DNA of 64,000 nt from Patescibacteria group bacterium (GTDB lineage Bacteria; Patescibacteriota; Patescibacteriia; Patescibacteriales; UBA12465), in the NCBI GenBank assembly GCA_041651355.1, contig JBAZJK010000001.1, positions 357,883-421,882 on the forward strand, read 5' to 3'. Positions 24,853 to 33,641 of the stretch are shown here, one piece after another. The notes under the pieces were generated by a model. It ran no database searches, was not told the origin of the DNA, and saw nothing but the letters and a program-made list of their open reading frames with translations. A program made the translations under genes and the position numbers. How positions within the stretch are numbered: position 1 is the stretch's first letter; every line of letters begins with the position of its first letter.

Positions 24853-25656
24853 ATGAAAAATAATTTAGAAGATATTGTTATAAATAGTGGAAATGTTTTT
24901 CATTATCAAGTAGTAGAATTTTTAAGAGAGAATGGATGGACTGTTTTAATAAGTCCATTTTATAATGATAACCTAACAGATAAACCGAGAGAAATAGATA
25001 TAATTGCAGAAAAGGAATTTGACGTATATTCTCACGGGCATAGTTGGGAGGGAACATTGAATGTCAGGCTGTTTATAGAGTGTAAATATATCAATCAAAA
25101 TACTATTTTTTGGTTTGACAAGAAAGATTATTTTAGCGCAATACGTAGAATAATGGCAGACACTGGATTAAAACATCCTGACGAAAACATAAATATAACT
25201 GAGCACAGATTTTATAAGCTTAATAAAGTTGCTAAACTTTTTGCTTCTGGAAAAGAGAATCAAGAAAAGGAGTTTATTTATAAGGCTATAAATCAAAGCC
25301 TTAACGCGATGTTGCATTCCAGCAGTAGGCCATCCATAATACCTAGTGAGAGAAAAGGAAAAATTAAGAAGATTTTGAAGACAATAAATTATCCAGTAAT
25401 TTTATGTAGTTCTTTCGCGGATTTTTATCAAATAAACGTTGACGATCCAGATAAAAAGATTACTCCGATTGTGGGTAATTTTAATTTAGAAATAAATTAT
25501 GCTTATCTAGATTTTGAAAAAAATCCGAAAGCCGGTTATTTCCTGATTGATATTGTTTCTTTTGAAAATCTTTCCAATTTTTTAGCTGAATTAGAAAAAA
25601 CCGATATAAGTATAATTAAAAATGATATTATCTGGTCATTGCGTGTAAGAAAATAA
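24853..25656 (+). CDS. PD-(D/E)xK nuclease-fold protein (Mrr/restriction-endonuclease-like N-terminal core)
   Basis: The core is GNVFHYQVVEFLRENGWTV...PREIDIIAEKE...VRLFIECKY. Confidence 0.5.
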   Translation: MKNNLEDIVINSGNVFHYQVVEFLRENGWTVLISPFYNDNLTDKPREIDIIAEKEFDVYSHGHSWEGTLNVRLFIECKYINQNTIFWFDKKDYFSAIRRIMADTGLKHPDENINITEHRFYKLNKVAKLFASGKENQEKEFIYKAINQSLNAMLHSSSRPSIIPSERKGKIKKILKTINYPVILCSSFADFYQINVDDPDKKITPIVGNFNLEINYAYLDFEKNPKAGYFLIDIVSFENLSNFLAELEKTDISIIKNDIIWSLRVRK

Positions 25657-25748
25657 TTTGTATTCATCAGTCTTGACAAAAAATAGATAAAATAGTAATA
25701 TATTACATTTTTATTGAGTGTTTGGTATAATATAATAAACTAAAGATA

Positions 25749-26237
25749 ATGAAAAACAATAATATACAAGCAGACAAAAAGTTGAATGAACTCATAAAAG
25801 CTTGCATAAAATTTGGTTCCGACCAAGATGGCCGAATAACTAAAACTAAGTTGGCTAAGTTAGTGTATTTAGCCGATTTTGTTTTTTATTATGAGAATTT
25901 GAAGCCAATAACTGGAGTAACTTATGTAAAAATGGCTCAAGGACCAGTAGCTTTTGAGTATTTTGATAAATTAACAGATTTAGTGGGAAATAATGAAATT
26001 AGTATAAAAAAATATAGAGCAGCTCAAATGATCGCTCTAAGAATAAATTTTATTAAAGATGTTTTGTCTGACAAAGAATTGGAAACCATACAAAAGGTTT
26101 GTCAAAAATGGAAAAATAAAAGTACAAATGAAATTGTTAAATTTACACACGAACAAGTTCCTTGGAAAATTTCTTTTGACAAGGACGAGGTCCCATATAG
26201 TTTAATTATTCAACAGGATGCGGCCAAACTATATTAA
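25749..26237 (+). CDS. Panacea (DUF4065/SocA-like) antitoxin-domain protein
   Basis: The motif is TKTKLAKLVYLADFVFYYENLKPITGVTYVKMAQGPVAFEYF. Confidence 0.6.
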   Translation: MKNNNIQADKKLNELIKACIKFGSDQDGRITKTKLAKLVYLADFVFYYENLKPITGVTYVKMAQGPVAFEYFDKLTDLVGNNEISIKKYRAAQMIALRINFIKDVLSDKELETIQKVCQKWKNKSTNEIVKFTHEQVPWKISFDKDEVPYSLIIQQDAAKLY

Positions 26238-26631
26238 CGGGAAGTATTCAGTTGTCTTCGATAAATATTCCGAGAGACATTACGAAAAGGACTTTAAGAA
26301 GAAGTATAAAAGCAATTGGCTGGCTACAAAGCAGTCGATTATTGATACACTCGAAAGAATAGCGAATTTAGATGGGATGGGGGTTGTAGATCCTATATGT
26401 AAATCAAATAAAGATACATTTTTGTTAAAATTTGATTTTGCTATTGCCAAAAGCGGAGTATCCCCCAAAGGTAGTGGAAATAGGTGTATTTTAGATGTAT
26501 GCAATAATTCTTGTTGCGTTAAAATTTTATTAATTTATTGCAAGCATCACATAGACAGGCCTGATGGCCAGGAGACAATTTGGTGGCAAGAGAAAATAAA
26601 AGAGAATTTTGAATTGCATTGCACTTCTTAA
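26218..26631 (+). CDS. Putative cognate toxin (137 aa, unclassified)
   Basis: It overlaps the Panacea gene by 20 nt. No motif. Confidence 0.4.
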   Translation: MRPNYINGKYSVVFDKYSERHYEKDFKKKYKSNWLATKQSIIDTLERIANLDGMGVVDPICKSNKDTFLLKFDFAIAKSGVSPKGSGNRCILDVCNNSCCVKILLIYCKHHIDRPDGQETIWWQEKIKENFELHCTS

Positions 26632-26648
26632 TTATTTATTTTAATAAT

Positions 26649-26837
26649 ATGGCAGGGAAAAACAAAATTGTGATAAAATCGTCACAAAATAAACAAAAAT
26701 ACGCCATTGTCAAATCGGCAAACAATAAAACGATCGCCGTGACAGAAACATATAAGACAAAGCAGGGCGTGAATAATGCCGCAAAAGCTTTGAAAAAAAT
26801 TATAAAAGACGCTGTTGTTATTGATGAAACTAAGTAG
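26649..26837 (+). CDS. YegP/DUF1508-like small protein (62 aa)
   Basis: The sequence is MAGKNKIVIKSSQNKQKYAIVKSANNKTIAVTETYKTKQGVNNAAKALKKI. An ATG at 26649 lies inside the track ORF 26619-26837. Confidence 0.45.
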   Translation: MAGKNKIVIKSSQNKQKYAIVKSANNKTIAVTETYKTKQGVNNAAKALKKIIKDAVVIDETK

Positions 26838-26897
26838 ATAATTTAATTGATTGCAGTTTTTTGGCGCTAATTTTAACCGCCTTGTATATATTATAAA

Positions 26898-27075
26898 GTT
26901 CTGAAAATATATAATCTGCAGAGCCAACAAAATTTTGGTGTAGTAGACCGAGATATTTCGTCTAAAATTAGCCAAAAAACAAAGAAACTCAGTTTACGCT
27001 GAGTTTTTTGTTGGAGTCAAATGTGAGAAAAGAGCCATAAATAAAGGGGATTTTTGGTTCTAATCCGAGTCCTAT
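26898..27075 (+). repeat. Direct repeat D (left copy) with embedded terminator hairpin
   Basis: About 160 nt from 26917 aligns with 33447-33606 at roughly 75-80 percent identity by eye. The hairpin is ACTCAG (26987-26992), TTTACG, CTGAGT (26999-27004), then T-run. Confidence 0.65.
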
Positions 27076-27125
27076 TTTAATTTTTAATAAAAAAGAGCTG
27101 TTGAAACAGCTCCTAGTTTTAAGTT

Positions 27126-27569
27126 CTAGTGTTTTTTTCCAATGATTTTTATCATTGGATGTTTTTTTTCTCTAATAGTGTTTAGACATTCTGATAACCA
27201 AAATACGGTTTTAAAATTTTTTGCTTGGTTTAGGTTGATCCATCGAAAATCATCATGCTCTCTTTTGTTTAGAATGATTTTTTTTGAATTACCTATACAC
27301 TCTGCCAAAAAAATTAAAGTTATAAATTGTTTATCCTTCTCCTTGTCTACAATAGAGTTAAAAGAGAACAAAACCAGATTGTTAATATTTAGTCCGGTTT
27401 CTTCTCTCGCTTCTCTTATGGCGCCATCAATTGGGTTTTCTCCATCTTTTAAAGTACCGCCAGGAGTATCCCATTCTTCACTAAGAAAGAAGTTATTTTT
27501 TGATCTTTTTATAATTAATAACTCTCCGTGTTTAGTGATAATTGTGTGCACTATTATTCCTTTCTCCAT
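27126..27569 (-). CDS. Nudix hydrolase
   Basis: The Nudix box is GGTLKDGENPIDGAIREAREETGL. The overlapping plus-strand ORF 27142-27585 is rejected. Confidence 0.8.
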   Translation of the reverse strand: MEKGIIVHTIITKHGELLIIKRSKNNFFLSEEWDTPGGTLKDGENPIDGAIREAREETGLNINNLVLFSFNSIVDKEKDKQFITLIFLAECIGNSKKIILNKREHDDFRWINLNQAKNFKTVFWLSECLNTIREKKHPMIKIIGKKH

Positions 27570-27700
27570 TACTTTTTGTTTTTAATATACTATTTAAATT
27601 CAAGTAATTATACTATATTTATTAATAAAAGTCAATTTGACATTTAAATAGTTTTATTTTATAATTAATCATTAGTTCATTAAAATTAGGAGGATTGATA

Positions 27701-28324
27701 ATGGAAAATTTTGGAGTTAATTTTTTGGATAATTCCGGTAGGCTTGTGAAAGAAGTAACTATTGATGGTGTCAATCGATATTATTATATGGGGGTTGATG
27801 CTCAAGGGTTTATAGAAACTGATAATAATGGGGAATACATTATCATCGGAGATGAAAAAAGATATTGGAAGGGTAACAAAGTTATTGTTCCAACAAAACT
27901 GCTTCTCTTAAATGATTTTAGTATTTGCATTTTAAAGCCTGATGCAAAATCTCCAGAATTAAGAAATGAGATATTTTCTGTTTTAAAGAACGATTTTCAA
28001 CTACTATTTAGCGAAAAAATCAGTATAACAGCAGAAAATGTCTTTTGTTTGTACCCATATTTTTTTACAAAAAACTGGGAAAGAGCTCTAGTTGATTATT
28101 TAACAGAAGATCAGTCTGATTTATTGCTTGTTTCTGGGCGTGATGTTGTTAGGAGACTTATGGAGTTTAGAAATTATATCAGAGTTAAATATTATGATAG
28201 TAATAAAAAACATTGTGTATATAATTTAATACACTCCGCTGACAACAAAGAAGAGGCAATAAGGGAGGCCTTAATCTTTCTTGATGACAAAAAATTAATC
28301 AACTTGGTTGGTTTTAAAAAATAA
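27701..28324 (+). CDS. Nucleoside-diphosphate-kinase-like domain protein
   Basis: Motifs are FSICILKPDAKSPELRNEIFSVLK and YNLIHSADNKEEAIREALIF (NDK N-x-x-H-G/S-S/A-D active-site block). The RBS is AGGAGG before ATG 27701. Confidence 0.6.
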   Translation: MENFGVNFLDNSGRLVKEVTIDGVNRYYYMGVDAQGFIETDNNGEYIIIGDEKRYWKGNKVIVPTKLLLLNDFSICILKPDAKSPELRNEIFSVLKNDFQLLFSEKISITAENVFCLYPYFFTKNWERALVDYLTEDQSDLLLVSGRDVVRRLMEFRNYIRVKYYDSNKKHCVYNLIHSADNKEEAIREALIFLDDKKLINLVGFKK

Positions 28325-28364
28325 AAGGTATTTCGCCCAGAGCTTAATACCTTTTTGTATATAT

Positions 28365-29678
28365 ATGATTAAATTGTTAATATTACTTTATTTTTTATTT
28401 TCGGCAATTTATTGGTTTATAAAATTTTATATATCAAATAAATGGCTGAATCGAAGCAAAAAATCACCCATAGCCAATATGGGGAATTTGAATTTTATTA
28501 TAATTATTCCAGTTTTAAACGAGGGGAAAATTATAAAGGATACCGTTAATTATTTTTTGAACTTACTTAGCCCTTTTAGTAATTCTAAATTAGTTATAGT
28601 TACGACAGACAAGGAATCATTAAATGTTGGTTATTGCACCGAAAATACTATCAGTATCCTTAACTCTATTAATCATGATAAATTAATCAAAATTAATTAT
28701 CCCAGCATTGACGGCAAAATGGCGCATCAGTTAAATTTCGCAATAAATTATCTGATAAAAAATAACATAATAAATAATCAGCTAATAGGTATCTATAATG
28801 CTGATTCTAGACCAGAAAAAGAAACTCTTAATTGGATCTCTGATAATTTTATTGATAATAATAAAGTATTTCAACAATATGGAAATTATTTTAATAATAT
28901 AGATAGTATATTAAAAAGGAAGTTTTTTTCTAAATCTATATTATTTTCTTCAAGCGTTTGGCAAAATCGATGGAGTTTTGGTTTTGAGATTTTTAATAAT
29001 TTAAAACAGCAGTCATTTTTAAATAATAATAAATTTCCTTTATTATACCCATTTAATTATTGCATAGGCCATGGATTATTTTTTACAAAAGAAATATTTT
29101 TGGAGTTGGGCGGCTTTAGTGAAAATACACACAATGAAGATGCTATTTTTGGCATGGAACTATGTTATAGAAAGGAATATATAAAGCCTGTACCGTATTT
29201 TGATTATGCCGATTCCCCCAACTCTTTAAAAGGTTTATTTTTTCAAAAGGCTACCTGGTTTTTTGGACCTTCGCAGGCATTTTTGTATTATAATATTTTA
29301 AAAAATGATAATAAAAAAGATAATCATTTTAGATTGTTTATTTTATCCTGCAAGCTGTTTTTGCATGCTATCTATTGGATTATTGGACCATTTTTATTAT
29401 TATTTCTTTTTATTTACTCCTTTTGGATAAAAAATTTTTTGTTATTTTTGCTAGTATATTTAATTTATTTAATTATTCCGAATTTTATCGCGTGGTTATT
29501 ATTAAAAAAAGATAAAAAAATAAAGGACATTAAAGCCTTTATTTATATTGTTATTGGATCTTTTTTTGCTTATATTTTACATGGATTTTCCGCTTATTAT
29601 TCAATATTATGTTTTTGTTATTCTCTTTTAACAGGCAAAAAAATAGAAAAATATAAAACGGAAATAATAAGAGATTAA
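28365..29678 (+). CDS. Membrane-embedded family-2 glycosyltransferase
   Basis: Motifs are IIIPVLNEGKII, YNADSRPE and HNEDAIFG, with several N- and C-terminal TM helices. The track start is TTG 28308; an ATG lies at 28365. Confidence 0.6.
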   Translation: MIKLLILLYFLFSAIYWFIKFYISNKWLNRSKKSPIANMGNLNFIIIIPVLNEGKIIKDTVNYFLNLLSPFSNSKLVIVTTDKESLNVGYCTENTISILNSINHDKLIKINYPSIDGKMAHQLNFAINYLIKNNIINNQLIGIYNADSRPEKETLNWISDNFIDNNKVFQQYGNYFNNIDSILKRKFFSKSILFSSSVWQNRWSFGFEIFNNLKQQSFLNNNKFPLLYPFNYCIGHGLFFTKEIFLELGGFSENTHNEDAIFGMELCYRKEYIKPVPYFDYADSPNSLKGLFFQKATWFFGPSQAFLYYNILKNDNKKDNHFRLFILSCKLFLHAIYWIIGPFLLLFLFIYSFWIKNFLLFLLVYLIYLIIPNFIAWLLLKKDKKIKDIKAFIYIVIGSFFAYILHGFSAYYSILCFCYSLLTGKKIEKYKTEIIRD

Positions 29679-30110
29679 CTATTTTGTTAGTTTTAAAACC
29701 GGATGTTTTTTATTAATAAAATATTCGATACATAGCTTTAAATAGCCGACAGTCTGATATTTAATTATATCTTCTGGCGTTATCCATTCTGATTGACTAT
29801 GTTCATTGGTATCAATATTAACAATTGGGTTTTCATCGTTTAATTCTGTTATAAATATAACGGTAATGAATTGTTTATTTTTTTTAACATCTATATTTGA
29901 ACTATAATAAAACAGCCCAGGATTTTCAATTCTAAGACCTGTCTCTTCAAACACTTCTCTTTTGACGCCATCTGATAAGTCTTCACCGTCCTCCAATGTT
30001 CCCCCTGGAAGATCCCAAAGTCCGCCCTCATAAGTATCTTCAATTCGCTTCAAAATTAGTAGTTTATCATCATTTATTATTAAAGAGTGAATAATTATTC
30101 TTTTGTCCAT
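29679..30110 (-). CDS. Nudix hydrolase (paralog of 27126-27569)
   Basis: The Nudix box is GGTLEDGEDLSDGVKREVFEETGL. Both paralogs end in KKHP(M/V)(I/L)K. Confidence 0.8.
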   Translation of the reverse strand: MDKRIIIHSLIINDDKLLILKRIEDTYEGGLWDLPGGTLEDGEDLSDGVKREVFEETGLRIENPGLFYYSSNIDVKKNKQFITVIFITELNDENPIVNIDTNEHSQSEWITPEDIIKYQTVGYLKLCIEYFINKKHPVLKLTK

Positions 30111-30171
30111 AAATTTAAATATTATTAAATTATGTTATCATTATAGTATGGCAATAAATTAAAGTAAAATT

Positions 30172-31815
30172 ATGAAAAATATCAATGTCAAATTAGTTTT
30201 TTACAGAACGCTGTTTTCACAGTCAGCAGCATCTGTTACCATGGGTTCTCTATCGGCATTTTTATCTAATAATAAAATAAACAATAATCTTGTTTTGTTA
30301 GAAAAAAATAATTTTCATAGCATAGAAAGTATTTTTGAAAACATTAATTCAAAAACCGTTATAATTGCTAAACCGAATTTTAAAGATTATTATCAAATGC
30401 TTCAGCTTTTATCAGAAATTAAGAAGTATAATTTGGTAAATAAAATTTTTCTTTGCGGGCCTTATGCGAGCTTAAATTATAATAGTTTAATGAAAGAATT
30501 AAAATGGCTTGACGGGATTATTATTGGTAACGCAGAAGAAACGGCTGTTGAATTATTAGAATTATTAGAGAAAAGAACTTTTAATTGCAATTGTCCTGGC
30601 GGTGTTTGGCGCAATAGTAAAAATGGAGTTGTGTCTGTTTATTATCCAAGAAAATATAAATTAAAATTAAATAATCTTCCTTTTCCAGATAGAACTATAG
30701 AAAAACATGAAAATGGGTCGTATATAAATATCGAAGCGTCTCGTGGTTGTCCTGGGGCTTGTAGTTTTTGTCACATACCCCTTTTATCTAGGTTAAATGG
30801 GATTAATAATGTTGATTATCGTGATCCGCTACTCGTCGTTGATGAGATAGAGTTTTTATTTAAAAATTTGGGAAAAAAATTATTTATATTTAACGATAGC
30901 TGCTTTTGGAGAAGTCATAATGATGACAAAAGAATATTAAAGATTTGTTCGGAAATTAAAAAACGGAAACTTTCAATAAAATTTTATATATATTTAAAAT
31001 GTAGCCCGTTTCCGTCTGATGATATATTAAAAAAGATGGTTGAGTCAGGGCTTGTTCGTGTATTTTTAGGGGTAGAAAATCACTCACAAACAAGCAAAAC
31101 GTTATTCAATAAAAAAATAAAAGAAGGAACATATGAATTGATAAAAGAAAAATTAGACAAGTATCATGTTAATGTCCATATTGGTTTTATTATTTTTGAA
31201 CCATATGCTTCTATAAATGAAGTCTCTAAAAATATAAAATATTTAAAAAAAATAGGTAAATTGTTTAGGATAGGTGTTTTTTTGGAAAAAGTTAGAATTA
31301 TTCCATATTCAATTTTGCACAAAAAGTTAATCAAAGACGGTTTAATTAATAAATCGTTATCTTATAAAGATATAACATATGGTTATAAATTTAGAGACAA
31401 AAAAACAGAAGAGTATTATAAGTTAGTAAAAGAAGTTTTTTCCGTAATACTAAAAGAACAGTCTTATGAATTTGAGTATTATTGTACAACTGTCGGTTTG
31501 ATAAAAGATATACTTTATAGGTTCGATAATAAAAATTTTAAAAGATTAAATGAAGACTTTTTGGAATTTAAGTTGTATCAAGACAAAATTGAAAAATTGA
31601 TTTATGTATTTTTAATCAAATCAATCAAATCGATCAAAACTTTAGATGCTAATAAAATAATTAAAGAAAAAAAATCGTCTTATTTTATCCGAGATTTTAA
31701 CAAGCTCTATTATATGATAAAGGTTAAATACGCTAATATTTTTTCAAAAATAAATCAAATAAATAATGGGGAATATGTTAAATTAATTTATAGCGGTTAT
31801 GAACAAATAAAATAA
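30172..31815 (+). CDS. B12-binding-domain radical SAM enzyme
   Basis: The radical SAM motif is ASRGCPGACSFCHIP (CxxxCxxC), after an N-terminal Rossmann-like region typical of class B enzymes. Confidence 0.7.
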   Translation: MKNINVKLVFYRTLFSQSAASVTMGSLSAFLSNNKINNNLVLLEKNNFHSIESIFENINSKTVIIAKPNFKDYYQMLQLLSEIKKYNLVNKIFLCGPYASLNYNSLMKELKWLDGIIIGNAEETAVELLELLEKRTFNCNCPGGVWRNSKNGVVSVYYPRKYKLKLNNLPFPDRTIEKHENGSYINIEASRGCPGACSFCHIPLLSRLNGINNVDYRDPLLVVDEIEFLFKNLGKKLFIFNDSCFWRSHNDDKRILKICSEIKKRKLSIKFYIYLKCSPFPSDDILKKMVESGLVRVFLGVENHSQTSKTLFNKKIKEGTYELIKEKLDKYHVNVHIGFIIFEPYASINEVSKNIKYLKKIGKLFRIGVFLEKVRIIPYSILHKKLIKDGLINKSLSYKDITYGYKFRDKKTEEYYKLVKEVFSVILKEQSYEFEYYCTTVGLIKDILYRFDNKNFKRLNEDFLEFKLYQDKIEKLIYVFLIKSIKSIKTLDANKIIKEKKSSYFIRDFNKLYYMIKVKYANIFSKINQINNGEYVKLIYSGYEQIK

Positions 31816-31816
31816 T

Positions 31817-32695
31817 ATGAATATCAATAGTATTGCAACTAGGTTTCCTAAATTTTTTGAAATACAAACCGCCTCATTTTGTAACGGAGGTTGTGTTATT
31901 TGTCCATATAACGACGTTAAAGATGATAATCCGAAAGGGGTGATGAGTGATAATTTGTTTAAAAAAATAATTGATGAAATAGCAAAAATGAATAATTATG
32001 GAATAAAAATCGTTCCATATTTCAACAATGAACCATTCTTAGATAAAAAAATAATTGAAAGAATTAAGTATATTAATAAAAAGTGTCCCAAATGTGAAAT
32101 TGAAATGTCTACAAATCTTTCTATCTTGGATAAAGAATATCAGAATAAATTAGCGGCCTGTAATTTAAAAGATTTAAGATTAAGCGTATTCGGTTTTTCA
32201 AAATTGTCTTATGAAAGCGTAATGACCGGGCTTAATTGGCGCGATACAAAAACTAATTTAGACAATCTATGTAAAAATAAAAAATTAAGAGAGAATATAG
32301 GACAAATAAGCTTAGTAATGATTAATTATCCTGGATTAGCAAAGCAAGATATCTGTTTAGCCAAGAAATATTGTAAAGATAATTTTATAAAATTTGAATT
32401 TTGGGGGTTTTTGGATAGAGCGGGTAATGTGAAAAAATTTAATAACAAGATTAATAGAAAAAATATTTACGGATGTGAACAACATCGCCCGCTTGAGCGT
32501 TTTCATATACTATTTGATGGTCGTGTTGTGCTTTGTTGCATGGACTGGAAATTACAGTATGTATTAGGGGACGTTAATAAACAATCAATAAATCAGATAT
32601 GGAATTCTAAAAAATATGAAGCAATAAGAAAAAGCATATATGAAAATAAAAAGAACGCTCCAATTTTATGCAAAAAATGTAAATTGTCTATATGA
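31817..32695 (+). CDS. Radical SAM enzyme with Cys-rich (SPASM-like) C-terminus
   Basis: The motif is QTASFCNGGCVICPY. C-terminal cysteines are CEQHRP...VVLCCMDW...CKKCK. Confidence 0.7.
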   Translation: MNINSIATRFPKFFEIQTASFCNGGCVICPYNDVKDDNPKGVMSDNLFKKIIDEIAKMNNYGIKIVPYFNNEPFLDKKIIERIKYINKKCPKCEIEMSTNLSILDKEYQNKLAACNLKDLRLSVFGFSKLSYESVMTGLNWRDTKTNLDNLCKNKKLRENIGQISLVMINYPGLAKQDICLAKKYCKDNFIKFEFWGFLDRAGNVKKFNNKINRKNIYGCEQHRPLERFHILFDGRVVLCCMDWKLQYVLGDVNKQSINQIWNSKKYEAIRKSIYENKKNAPILCKKCKLSI

Positions 32696-33345
32696 TCATA
32701 GCTTTAGATGGAAATGTGTTTGTTGGTAAAACCACTTTATGTAATATTTTTTCTAAAAAAAATAATTATAACGTTGTTTTAGAATATTCGGATTTTATTA
32801 ATAAAACAAAAAATAAATCATTTAAGCAGGCTAGTTTCTTAGAACATAGTAAATATTTAAAGTTGGACAATATTAGAAAAAAATATTTAAAAAATAATAT
32901 AAATTTTATTGATAGGAGTTTTGTTTCGTTATCAGCCCATATTTATGCTCTTTACAAAAACGGAATTGCTGATTTTAGGAGAGAGCATACGAATATGTTT
33001 CATCAACTATTGAAAAATAATAATATAATAATTCCAAATTGTTATGTATTTGTAACGTGCAATTATAATTGTGCAAAAAAGAGGTTTTTATTAGAAAAAA
33101 GAATTGATGAAAAAAAAGGAACACCAACATTTTTTATAAATAAAGGTTATTTTTTAGCAATTAATGAATTTAACAGTTTGTGGCAAAAAAATATAAAAAG
33201 CGGATTAATAATTAATACTAATCACAGTGCTAAAAAAAATAATCAGATAGGCATTAATAATAATTTTTTCAAGAAATTAACAAAAAAAAGAATTATTACA
33301 ATAACGGAATCTATATTTTTTAGTAACGATATTGTTAACAATTGA
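32692..33345 (+). CDS. P-loop nucleotide/nucleoside kinase (dTMP kinase/dNK-like)
   Basis: Motifs are IIALDGNVFVGKTTL (P-loop) and FIDRSFVSLSAHIYA (DRx motif). It overlaps the upstream gene by 4 nt. Confidence 0.6.
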   Translation: MIIALDGNVFVGKTTLCNIFSKKNNYNVVLEYSDFINKTKNKSFKQASFLEHSKYLKLDNIRKKYLKNNINFIDRSFVSLSAHIYALYKNGIADFRREHTNMFHQLLKNNNIIIPNCYVFVTCNYNCAKKRFLLEKRIDEKKGTPTFFINKGYFLAINEFNSLWQKNIKSGLIINTNHSAKKNNQIGINNNFFKKLTKKRIITITESIFFSNDIVNN

Positions 33346-33434
33346 ATTTGATTTTTTTGGATTTTAAAATTTTGAAAAAATTTAGCTAATATTAGATAAG
33401 GCAGAGGATAATCGTGTTTTAAGACCGACCTCTA

Positions 33435-33458
33435 GTTCGAATCCCACCGCAGGAGCCA
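33435..33458 (+). other. tRNA 3'-end fragment (G53, T-loop, T-stem 3' strand, acceptor 3' strand, discriminator, CCA); att-like remnant
   Basis: The sequence is G-TTCGAAT-CCCAC-CGCAGGA-G-CCA, with canonical segment lengths. No complementary 5' half lies upstream, so it is not an intact tRNA. Confidence 0.55.
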
Positions 33459-33606
33459 ACACGATTTTGGTGTTTAAGACCGACACAAGGCATTAAACAT
33501 TAACCAAAACACAAAGAAACATGATTTAGGTCATGTTTTTTTGTTGGCGTCAAATGTTTGAAAAGAGCCGTAAATAGAGAGGGATTGCAGTTCTAATCCG
33601 AGTCGC
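33447..33606 (+). repeat. Direct repeat E (right copy) with covarying terminator hairpin
   Basis: It aligns with 26917-27075. The hairpin is ACATGA (33519-33524), TTTAGG, TCATGT (33531-33536), then T-run. A further partial copy, GCAGAGGATAATCGTGTTTTAAGACCGAC, lies at 33401-33429. Confidence 0.65.
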
Positions 33607-33641
33607 ATCTGATTAGTTGTTTTATGCTATAATTAATTTAT

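Larger units (their letters stand above)
1..33458. mobile_element. Composite AT-rich accessory region (several integrated elements in tandem). The right edge is tentatively placed at a tRNA 3'-end fragment.
   Basis: Two large serine recombinases, an HUH Rep, phage-like structural genes, HNH endonucleases, R-M and nuclease operons and a TA pair. There is a visible drop in GC relative to 36-64 kb. A tRNA T-loop/acceptor/CCA fragment lies at 33435-33458. The left end is outside the window. Confidence 0.5.

Noticed and set aside
27142-27585. 147-aa plus-strand ORF mirroring the Nudix gene
   Set aside because: The minus-strand frame carries a perfect Nudix box. The plus frame is a low-complexity antisense translation.
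33385-33460. Intact tRNA gene around the GTTCGAATCC box
   Set aside because: Only the segment from G53 to CCA fits. The sequence 5' of the T-loop (TCTAG) cannot pair with CCCAC, and no TCCTGCG acceptor 5' strand lies upstream. It is called a tRNA 3' fragment only.
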